NCBI RefSeq assembly: GCF_009914755.1
Contig: NC_060930.1
From: the human T2T-CHM13v2.0 reference genome, Homo sapiens
Length of the DNA stretch: 64,000 bases
Direction: 5' to 3' (one strand)
The notes under the pieces were generated by a model. That model made no database searches and was not told the origin of the DNA. It saw only the letters and a program-made list of their open reading frames with translations. Numbering within the stretch: position 1 is the first letter of the stretch; every line of letters begins with the position of its first letter. Below, in pieces: positions 15,001-25,920 of this stretch. The position numbers and the translations under genes were made by a program.

Positions 15001-18000
15001 CCTTATCATAGTTTCCCAGTGTGCACTCACCTAGCCTCAACATAGTGCCCCAGTGTGCGTTGACCTGGCCTCATTATAGTGCCCCAGTGTGCATTTACCT
15101 AGCCTCATCATAGTGCCCCAGTGTGCGCTCACCTAGCCTCATCAGTGCCACAGTGTGCACTCACCTAGCGTCATCATAGTGCCCCAGTGTGCACTCACCG
15201 AGCCTCATCATAGTGCCCCACTGTGCTCTCACCTAGTCTCATCATAGTGTCCCAGTGTGCACTCACCGAGCCTCATCATAGCGCCCCAGTGTGCACTCAG
15301 CTAGCCTCATCATAGTGTCCCAGTGTGCGCTAACCTAGCCTCATAATAGTGCCCCAGTGTCCCCTCACCTGGCCTCATCATAGTGTCTCAGTGTGCACTC
15401 ACCTGGCCTCATCATAGTGTCCCACTGTGCGCTCACCCAGCCTCATCATAGTGCCTCAGTGTGCCCTCACCTGGCCTCATCATACTATTGCAGAGTGCAC
15501 TCACCTGGCCTCATCATAGTGTCCCAGTGTGCGCTCATCCGGCATCATCATAGTGTCCCAGTGTGCGCTCACCTGGCCTCATCATAGTGTCCCAGTGTGC
15601 GCTCACCTGGCCTCATCATAGTGTCCCACTGTGCGCTCACCCGGCCTCATCATAGTGCCTCAGTGTGCCCTCACCTGGCCTCATCATAGTGTCGCAGAGT
15701 GCACTCACCTGGCCTCATCATAGTGTCCCAGTGTGCGCTCATCCGGCATCATCATAGTGTCCCAGTGTGCGCTCACCTGGCCTCATCATAGTGCCCCAGT
15801 GTGCGCTCACCTGGCCTCATCATAGTGCCTCAGTGTGCGCTCACCTGGCCTCATCATAGTATCCCAGTGTCCGCTCACCTAGCCTCATCATAGTGTCCCA
15901 GTGTGCACTTACCTGGCCTCATCTTAGTGTCCCAGTGTGCACTCACCCGGTCTCATCATAGTGTCCCAGTGTGAGGTAACGTAGCCTCATCATAGTGTCC
16001 CAGTGTCCGCTCACCTAGCCTCATCATAGTGTCGCACTGTGCACTCACCTACCCTCATCATAGTGCCCCAGTGTGCGCTCACCTAGCCTGATCGTAGTGC
16101 CCCAGTGTGCGCTCACCTAGCCTGATCGTACTGCCCCAGTGTGCGGTCATCTACCCTCATCATAATGTCCCAGTGTGCACTCACCCGGCCTCATCATACT
16201 GCCCCAGTGTCCGCTCACCTAGCCTCATCATAGTGTCCCAGTGTGTGCTGACCTTGCCTCATCACAGTGCCCCAGTCTGCGCTCACCTGGCCTCATCATA
16301 GTGCCCCAGTATCCGCTAACCTAGCCTCATCATAGTGCCCCAGTGGGCGCTCACCTGGCCGCATCATGGTGCCCCAGTGTGCAGTCACCTAGCCTCATCA
16401 TAGTGTCCCAGTGTGCGCTCACCTAACCCCATCATAGTGCCCCAGTGTGCTCACACCTAGCCACATCATAGTGTCCCAGTGTGCACTCACCTAGCCCCAT
16501 CATAGTGTCCCAGTGTGCACTCACCTAGCCCCATCATAGTGTCCGAATGTGCGCTCACCCAGCCTGATCATACTGTCCGACTGTGCGCTCACCTAGCCTC
16601 ATCATAGTGCCCCCGTGTGCACACACCGAGCCTCATTATAGTGTCCCAGTGTGTGTTCACCTAGCCTCATCATAGTGTCCCAGTGTGCGCTCACCTAGCC
16701 TCATCATAGTGTTCCAGTGTGCGCTCACCTAGCCTCATCATAGTGTTCCAGTGTGCACGCATACGGCCTCATCATAGTGTCCCAGTGTGCAATCACCTGG
16801 CCTCATCATAGTGCCCCAGTGAGCACTCACCTAGCCTCAGCATAGTGCCCCAGTGTGCACTCAACCGGCCTCATCATAGTGTCCCAGTGTGCGCTCACCT
16901 AGCCTCAACATAGTGCCCTAGTGTCCCCTCACCTAGCCTCATCATAGTGTCCCAGTGTGCGCTCACCTGGCCTCATCATAGTGTCCCAGTGTGCACTCAC
17001 CCGGCCTCATCATAGTGTCCCAGTGTGCACTGAGCTAGCGTCATCATAGTGCCCCAGTGTACACTCATCTAGCCTTATCATAGTTTCCCAGTGTGCACTC
17101 ACCTAGCCTCAACATAGTGCCCCAGTGTGCGTTGATCTGACCTCATTATAGTGCCCCAGTGTGCAATCACCTAGCCTCATCATGTCCCAGTGTGCACTCA
17201 CCTGCCCTCATCATAGTACCGCAGTATCCACTCACCTAGCCTCATCATAGTGTCACAGTGTGCACTCACCGAGCCTCATAGTGCCCCAGCGTGCACTCAC
17301 CTAGCCTCATCATAGTGTCCCAGTGTGCACTCACCGAGCCTCATCATACCGCCCCAGTGTGCACTCAGCTAGCCTCATCATAGTGCCCCAGTGTACGCTC
17401 ACCCGGCCTCATCATAGTGCCGCAGTGTGCACTCACCTAGCCTCACCATAGTGTCGCAGTGTGCACTCACCCGGCCTCATCATAGTGCCCCAGGGTGCAC
17501 TCACCTAGCCTCATCATAGTGTCCCAGTGTGCGCTCACCTGGCCTCATCTTACTGTCCCAGTGTGCGCTCACCTGGCCTCATCTTACTGTCACAGTGTGC
17601 GCTCACCTAGCTTCATCATAATGCCCCAGTGTGAACTCAACTAGCCTCATCATAGTGCCACAGTGTGCACTCACCTGGCCTCATCATAGTGTCCCAGTGT
17701 GCACTCACCTAGCCTCATCATAGTGTCCCACTGTGCGCTCACCCGGCATCATCATAGTGCCCCAGTGTGCGCTCACCCGGCCTCATCATAGTGCCTCAGT
17801 GTGCGCTCACCTAGCCTCATCATAGTGTCCCAGTGTCCGCTCACCTAGCCTCATCATAGTGTCCCAGTGTGCACTCACCTGGCCTCATCATAGGGTCCCA
17901 GTATGCACTCACCTGGCCTCATCAAAGTGTCCCAGTGTGTGCTCACCCGGCCTCATCATAGTGTCCCAGTGTGCGCTCACCTGGCCTCATCATAGTGTCC

Positions 18001-21000
18001 CACTGTGCGCTCACCCGGCCTCATCATAGTGCCTCAGTGTGCCCTCACCTGGCCTCATCATAGTGTCGCAGAGTGTGCTCACCTGGCCTCATCATAGTGT
18101 CCCAGTGTGCGCTCATCCGGCATCATCATAGTGTCCCAGTGTGCGCTCACCTGGCCTCATCATAGTGCCCCAGTGTGCGCTCACCTGGCCTCATCATAGT
18201 GCCTCAGTGTACGCTCACCTAGCCTCATCATAGTGTCCCAGTGTGCACTTACCTGGCCTCATCTTAGTGTCCCAGTGTGCACTCACCCGGTCTCATCATA
18301 GTGTCCCAGTGTGCGCTAACGTAGCCCCATCATAGTGTCCCAGTGTCCGCTCACCTAGCCTCATCATAGTGCCCCAGTGTCCGCTCACCTAGCCTCATCA
18401 TAGTGCCGCACTGTGCACTCACCTACCCTCATCATAGTGCGCCAGTGTGCGCTCACCTAGCCTGATTGTAGTGCCCCAGTGTGCGCTCATCTACCCTCAT
18501 CATAATGTCCCAGTGTGCACTCACCCGGCCTCATCATACTGCCCCAGTGTCCGCTCACCTAGCCTCATCATAGTGTCCCAGTGTGCGCTGACCTTGCGTC
18601 ATCACAGTGCCCGAGTGTGCCCTCACCTGGCCTCAACGTAGTGCCCCAGTCTGCGCTCACCTGGCCTCATCATAGTGCCCCAGTGTGCACTCACCTAGAC
18701 TCATCATATTACCCCAGTGTGCATTCACCTGGCCTCATCATAGTGTCCCAGTGTGCGCTCACCTAACCCCATCATAGTGCCCCAGTGTGCTCTCACCTAG
18801 CCAAATCATACTGTCCCAGTGTGCACTCACCTAGCCCCATCATAGTGTCCCAATGTGCGCTCACACAGCCTGATCATAGTGTCCGACTGTGCGCTCACCT
18901 AGCCTCATCATAGTGTCCCAGTGTGCACTCACCTAGCCTCATCATAGTGCCCCCGTGTGCACACACCGAGCCTCATTATAGTGTCCCAGTGTGTGCTCAC
19001 CTACCCTCATCATAGTGTCCCAGTGTGCGCTCACCTAGCCTCAACATAGTGCCCTAGTGTCCCCTCACCTAGCCTAATCATAGTGTCCCAGTGTGCACTA
19101 ATCCGGCCTCATCATAGTGTCCCAGTGTGCGCTCACCTAGCCTCATCTTAGTGTCCCAGTGTGCACTCACCTAGCCTCATCATAGTGCCCCAGTGTGCAC
19201 TCACCTAGCCTAATGATAGTGTCCCAGTGTGCACTCACCCGGAATCATCATAGTGTCCAAGTGTGCGCTCCCCTAGCCTCATCATAGTGTCCCAGTGTGC
19301 ACTCACCTAGCCTCATCATAGTGTCCCAGTGTGCGCTCACCTATCCTCATCGCAGTGTCCCAGTGTGCGCTCACCTAGCCTCATCATAGTGTCCCAGCGT
19401 GCGCTCAACTGGCCTCATCATAGTGTCCCAGTGTACACTCACCCGGCCTCATCATAGTGTCCCCGTGTGCGCTGAGCTAGCCTCATCATAGTGCCCCAGT
19501 GTACACTCATCTAGCCTTATCATAGTTTCCCAGTGTGCACTCACCTAGCCTCAACATAGTGCCCCAGTGTGCGTTGAACTGGCCTCATTATAGTGCCCCA
19601 GTGTGCAATCACCTAGCCTCATCATAATGTCCCAGTGTGCACTCACCTGCCCTCATCATAGTACTGCAGTATCCACTCACCTAGCCTCATCATAGTGTCC
19701 CAGATTGCACTCAACTGGCCTCATCATAGTGCCCCAGTGTGCGCTCACCTAGCCACATCATAGTGTCCCAGTGTGCGCTCACCTGGCCTCATCATAGTGC
19801 CGCAGTGTGCACTCACCTAGCCTCATCATAATGTCCCAGTGTGCGCTCACCTAGCCTCATCTTAGTGTCCCAGTGTGCACTCACCTAGCCTCATCATAGT
19901 GTCCCAGTGTGCACTCACCTAGCCTCATCATAGTGTCCCAGTGTGCGCTCACCCGGCCTCATCATAGTATCCCAGTGTGCACTCACCTAGCCTCATCAGT
20001 GTCCCAGTGTGCGCTCACCTAGCCTCATCATACTGTCCCAGTGTGCGCTCACCCGGCCTCATCATAGTGCCCCAGTGTGCACTCACCAGGCCTCATCATA
20101 ATGCCCCAGTGTGCACTCACCAAGCCTCATCATAGCGTTCCAGTGTGCGCTCACGTAGCCTCATCATAGTGCCCCAGTGTACACTCACCCGGCCTCATCA
20201 TAGTTTCCCAGTGTGCGCTCACCCGGCCTCATGATAGTGCCCCAGTGTGCGCTCACCTAGCCTCATCATAGTGTCCCAGTGTGCGCTCACCCGGCATCAT
20301 CATAGTGTCCCAGTGTGCACTCACCAAGCCTCATCATAGTGCCCCAGTGTGCACTCACCTGGCCTCATCATAGGATCCCAGTGTCTGCTCACCTGGCCTC
20401 ATCATAGTGTCCCAGTGTGCGCTCACCTAGCCTCATCATAGTGCCCCAGTGTGCACTCACCTAGCCTCAACATAGTGCCCCAGTGTGCGTTGACCTGGCC
20501 TCATTATAGTGCCCCAGTGTGCACTCACCAAGCCTCATCATAGTGCCCCAGTGTGCACTCACCTGGCCTCATCATAGGATCCCAGTGTCTGCTCACCTGG
20601 CCTCATCATAGTGTCCCAGTGTGCGCTCACCCGGCCTCATCATAGTGCCCCAGAATGCGCTCCCCTGGCCTCATCATAGTGCCCCAGTGAGCGCGCACCC
20701 GGCCTCATCATAGTGCCGCAGTGTGCGCTCACGTGACTTCAACATAGTGTCCCAGTGTGCACTCACCCGGCCTCATCATAGTACCCCAGTGTGCACTCAC
20801 CTGGCCTCATCATACTGTCCCAATGTGCACTCACCTGGCCTCATCATAGTGTCCCAGGGTGCAATCACCAGGCCTCGTCATAGTGTCCCAGTGTCCGCTC
20901 ACCTGGCCTCATCATAGTGCGCCAGTGTGTGCTCAACTAGCCTCATCATAGTGCCCCATTGTGCGCTCATCTACCCTCATCATAGTGTCCCAGTGTGCAC

Positions 21001-22350
21001 TCACCTGGCCTCATCATACTGTCCCAGTGTGCGCTCACCTAGCCTCATCATAGTGTCCCAGTGTGCACTCACCCGGTCTCATGATAGTGTCCCAGTGTGC
21101 GCTGACCTAGCCTCATCATAGTGTCCCAGTGTGCACTCACCTAGCCTCATCATGGTGTCCCAGTGTGAGCTCACCCGGCCTCATCATAGTGTCCCAGTGT
21201 GCGCTGACCTAGCCTCATCATAGTGTCCCAGTGTGCACTCACCTAGCCTCATCATAGTGTCCCAGTGTGAGCTCACCCGGACTCATCATAGTGTCCCAAT
21301 GTGCACTCACACGGCCTCATCATAGTGTCCCAGTATGCACTCACCCAGCCTCATCATACTGCCCCAGTGTCCGCTCACCGGGCCTTATTACAGTGTCCAG
21401 TGTGCGCTCACCTGGCCTCATCATAGTGCCCCAGTCTGCGCTCACCTGGCCTCATCATAGTGCCCCAGTGTGCACTCACCTAGACTCATCATAGTACCCC
21501 AGTGTGCAGTCATCTGGCGTCATCATAGTGCCCCAGTGTTCGCTCACCTAGCCTCATCATAGTGTCCCAGTGTGCGCTCACCTAACCCCATCATAGTGCC
21601 CCAGTGTGCTCTCACCTAGCCACATCACAGTGTCCCAGTGTGCATTCACCTAGCCCCATCATAGTGTCCCAATGTGCGCTCACCTGGCCTCATCATAGTG
21701 TCCCCGTGTGTGCTCACCCGGCCTCATCACAGTGACCCACTGTGCGCTCACCTGGCCTAATCATAGTGTCCCAGTGTGCGCTCACGTGGCCTCATCAGAG
21801 CGCCCCAGTGTGCGCTCACCTAGCCTCATCACAGTGCCCCAGTGTGCACTCCCCTAGCCTCATCACAGTGCCCCAGTGTGCGCTCACCTGGCCTCATCAC
21901 AGTGTCCCAGTGTGCGCTCACCTGGCCTCATCACAGTGTCCCAGTGTCCGCTCACCTGGCCTCATCATAGTGCCCCAGTGTGCGCTCACCTAGCCTCATA
22001 GTGTCTCAGTGTGCACTCACCCGGCCTCGTCATAGTGCCGCAGTGTGCGCTCACCCGGCCTCATCATAGAGCCCCAGTGTGCGCTCACCCGGCCTCATCA
22101 TTGTGTCCCAGTGTGCGCTCACCCGGCCTCATCATAGTGTCCCTGTGTGCGCTCACCCGGCCTCATCATAGTGTCCCAGTGTGCGCTCACCTGGCCTCAT
22201 CATAGTGCCCCAGTGTGCACTCACCTGGCCTCATCATAGTGTCCCAGTGTGCGCTCACCTGGCCTCATCATAGTGTCGCAGTGTGCACTCACCTGGCCTC
22301 ATCATAGTGTCCCAGTGTGCACTCACCTGGCCTCATCATAGTGTCCCAGC
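1..22350. repeat. 34-bp unit macrosatellite/VNTR in TMEM242 intron 3 (consensus CATAGTGYCCCAGTGTGCRCTCACCYRGCCTCAT), about 655 copies, truncated by the window start
   Basis: The unit recurs in exact register at 1, 35, 1021 (30x34), 2041 (60x34) and 3061 (90x34). It ends abruptly at about 22349 (…catagtgtcccag|catgcattccc). Copy number is length/34. Confidence 0.98.
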
Positions 22351-22600
22351 ATGCATTCCCATGATCATGTACACAGCTGATTTAGGAGACTACAAACCCA
22401 AAGTAAATGTTCATCTTTTTTTCCAGAATTAAGTTATTGTGATAAAATTGGTGCTATCTTAATTATAATCAAATAATAAAATACCATAGTTGAAAGTAAT
22501 CGATGAACACAAACTGAACAGTCAAGCCGTGCTTGTTGGCCAGGGTGGGCCGGGGAGCAGGGTAGATACTGAACTGGCACTGATTTCTCCCCATTGTCAA

Positions 22601-22770
22601 TGCTGGGCAAACTTACCTGCCTTGGTCTAACAAGACATCTTCTGCTACCTCTCCTTCTTTAGATCCTCTGGTTAAATGATATAACAGTGTGTAAAATACA
22701 CATGTGTTTATATTTAATGTTATTATATGCATTCTATGTGAAATGAAATTCCAGAATAATTATGAATAAA
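22601..22770 (+). repeat. copy 1 of a diverged ~170-bp local duplication
   Basis: Aligns by eye with 23768-23934 (tgctgggcaaac…ctctccttcttt…ttaaatgata…ttctatgtgaaatgaaattcca…taattatgaataaa). Confidence 0.85.
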
Positions 22771-22910
22771 CAAACAGTAAAACCAAAATACTTTAAAGAA
22801 ACCGAAGTTTCACTTTAAGCATTTTAAACATGTTCCCTTTTAGGCCAGCAGATGTAGCTGCGAATTAAAATAGGAACCGCAAGCACTTTCATCAAGCTGC
22901 TCTAGGTTAA

Positions 22911-22924
22911 CCATTAGATGGCAC
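22911..22924 (+). promoter_or_regulatory. candidate CTCF site
   Basis: CCATTAGATGGCAC resembles the CTCF core CCASYAGRKGGCRS. Motif match only. Confidence 0.4.
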
Positions 22925-23510
22925 CCTTTTGTATTGGAACTGGGTTTCTATCAGAGATTCAATTCAATTCGAGCTAGCTACTTACAATTATTTAACGCTG
23001 GAGTTGATTTTATCTAGAATGATCATCTCAGTTATTTATTGAGTGCATAGACTTGGACCATTTCTGTTTAACATTTTCTGACTGAGACTGTTTTCTTAGT
23101 CATACAAAGATGAGACAGTACACAGTGACAGAAGTTCTTACTGGACTCAGGGTAACCTCATAATTATCAAAACTCTCTAAACGTTGAGCTGAATATACCA
23201 CATTGCTGTCTGCAAGCCTCAGAGCAGGGTCATACCATAAGAATTTGCTTAGAAAGTCAACAGGTAAGGTTTACCCCTTTACAGGGTAGCGCTGTCTTAG
23301 CACAGTGCTTGGCTCAGGAGAGACCCACAAATGACTTTAGAATGAACAAACCAGCAAATTAGTAAACACTACCGCCTTTAAAAGATATGACCTTGAAAAG
23401 GTATCAGTGAGTTCATTTTTCTGTGGGCCTTCTCAAACATGGAGATCAAACTGATATGCCTAATGATCTATATGCAGAGAGAGTGCATATGCAGTCTCTC
23501 TTTTTACTTA

Positions 23511-23626
23511 GACATAAAGATGTCAGGAACTCTCTTTCTTTGTGGTCCCAGCACCTAACCCAATCCCAGGTACCCAGCAGAGGCTGAGTAGATATTTCCT
23601 ACTTATCACTGGATGACATAAAGATG
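23511..23626 (+). other. templated insertion (94 bp matching 55811-55906) between 12-bp direct repeats GACATAAAGATG
   Basis: Direct repeats at 23511-23522 and 23615-23626. The insert differs from the donor by 3 substitutions and a 2-bp indel. Confidence 0.88.
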
Positions 23627-23767
23627 CAATATAAAAGGATTCCACATATTCTTATATTCAGTAGTGCCAACCAGAAAATATTTTTTCTCCCCAAAATATC
23701 TTATTTAGGCAGCAATCCTTGTATCAATGCCAAAAAACAAAGAAGTTCACATTCTACCCATCTTCAG

Positions 23768-23934
23768 TGCTGGGCAAACGTATCTGCTTTGTTTGGTAAC
23801 AAGATAGCTCCCAATACCTCTCCTTCTTTGGAACCTCTGATTAAATGATATACCACTGTGTGAAATAGAAATGTATGTTTGTATTTAATGTATGTGTTCT
23901 ATGTGAAATGAAATTCCATAATAATTATGAATAA
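23768..23934 (+). repeat. copy 2 of the ~170-bp local duplication
   Basis: Aligns with 22601-22770. Confidence 0.85.
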
Positions 23935-24224
23935 AAAATTGGATTATTCTAGCACAGTTGGATTATTCTAGCCCATAAACACTGAATTATCAAGTGTATA
24001 ATTTAGATAACCTAATTTTGTTGGTTTATGAAAACTGGGATTGACTCTTCTAAGTGAGACTATTTGTATTTTCAAATACCTTAAAATTTTACTAAGTTTG
24101 TGACCCACATTACTAAACACTGGAAACATCACATATCAGTTCCACACAGTTCATGTAAAGTGCTAGCAGACTGTCATTTTTATAGAAACTAGAAGCTTAA
24201 TAACTTTATTACTAAGTACTACTT

Positions 24225-24420
24225 AATAATCTGAAGATTCAGACCTGGGTTTAAATCTTGACACTGCCAATCACATGTTATGTCATCTTGGGCAAGTGAT
24301 TTAACCTCTTTGAGCCCCAATTTCCTCATTTATAAAATGGGGGATATTAATATCTGCTAGATAGTTATTATGAAGATTAAATAATCTGCTATGTCTAAAA
24401 TGTCTGTAGAATGCCTAAAA
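24225..24420 (+). mobile_element. MIR SINE
   Basis: MIR core cttgggcaagtgatttaacctctttgagccccaatttcctcatttataaaatggggat. Confidence 0.8.
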
Positions 24421-24580
24421 TGGAAGAAGAGATTTTATATTGGTCGAAAGCAAAATTGAGGTTAACAGCAAAAATCATGAAAAATCTTCAGTCACAGGTT
24501 TTCTGTCTTTTCAAGCAATCTCTAATTTAGCATTACAAACAATGATTAGCCAGCAAAGTTAACTCAAAAATCAAGGTGAG

Positions 24581-24895
<315 letters not shown>

Positions 24896-25029
24896 TTAGA
24901 CTAGGAGAAAAGCACCATCATCTGTCTATCAGTGTATTCTGAGTGGAAAGCACAGTAATGTTTATGTTTGTTTACGATTAAACTAAATATGAAAAGCTCA
25001 ATAATGTCTATGAGGTTGTTCCTGCAACC

Positions 25030-25920
25030 CTGCCAACTTGCCCCAGTTTCTTCCTCCCTGCTGAATCATTCCCATCAGCATATACATGCTGTTAATTCTC
25101 CCAATGTAAAATATAACAAGTAAAAACTTATCTCTTGATCCCATTCTTTTTTCCAGCTATGACCCCATTTCCTTCCTTCACTTTGTGGCAAAACTCAAGA
25201 CTCACCTAGATATACTGCCTCTGATTCTCCTCTATTCTCTTTTGAATCACTCAGGCTTCACTCCACCATTTCACCAATGGCTGTCACACTGCCAAACCGG
25301 GTGAATCATCAGTCCTCATCTTACGTAACTTATCACCAGCATACAACACAGTCAGTCACTTCTCCTTGAAGTGTTTTCTTCACCGGGTGTCCAAGTCACC
25401 AGGCCAAGGAGATTTCCCTCTTCAGTAGGGTACTTTCCCCTCATTCCCCAACCTCTTAACATTAGGAGTCCCCAAGAGTTCCTTCCTCAGACCTCTTCTC
25501 TTTTCTTTCAACCTTCACTGCCTTGGTGAGTTAATCTAGTCTCACAGCTTTAAATGCTAGCCATATACTGATGAGTCTCAAATTCAAATCTTCACCTTGT
25601 ACTTCTCCCCTAACTCTCAACTTCTATATCTAACTGCTTACTTGCTCTCCATCTCACTATCAAACGGATGTGTCAACCTCACAAGTCAGATTGAGCTCCT
25701 GACATTATCTCCCAATACCTCCTTTTCTCACACTGCTCCCCACCCATCCTTCAGTTGCTCAGGCCAAAAGTCTTGATGACATCCAACTTCACTCTTTCTC
25801 ACACCCCACATCCAATCAACAACAAATCTTTGCTGACTTGACCTTCAAAATATATCGACATCTGTTTTCATCAACTTTACCGCTGCCACCTATCTCAAAC
25901 TACTGCCAATTCTCACCAGT
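25030..25920 (+). mobile_element. L2 LINE remnant
   Basis: Pyrimidine-rich, with L2-type motifs (cagtcctcatctta, ctagtctcacagctttaaat, cagttgctcaggccaaaa, gaccttcaaaatatatc). Confidence 0.7.

Noticed and set aside
1033-22205. Cys/His-rich ORFs in the array (metal-binding or zinc-finger-like peptides)
   Set aside because: They are translations of the 34-bp unit cycling through three frames. They start at GTG, are antisense to TMEM242, and are closed by TAG about every 102 nt unless a point variant removes it. They lack C2H2 spacing.
1-22350. CRISPR array (34-bp repeats)
   Set aside because: Units are head-to-tail with no unique spacers, there are no cas genes, and the context is primate DNA.
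1-22350. C/D-box snoRNA cluster (each unit has ATGATGA, a box C match, on the transcribed strand)
   Set aside because: The consensus has no box D (CTGA) or terminal stem, and the 34-nt period is too short for a snoRNA.
1-22350. Recursive-splicing ratchet points (AG|GT in each unit)
   Set aside because: The sequence before each AG is purine-rich (ATGATGAGGC), with no polypyrimidine tract, so these are unlikely to work as acceptors.
23785-23836. Minus-strand peptide GSKEGEVLGAILLP, vaguely PH-domain-like
   Set aside because: Too short, not conserved in the duplicate copy, has no donor site and no neighbouring exons. Probably chance.
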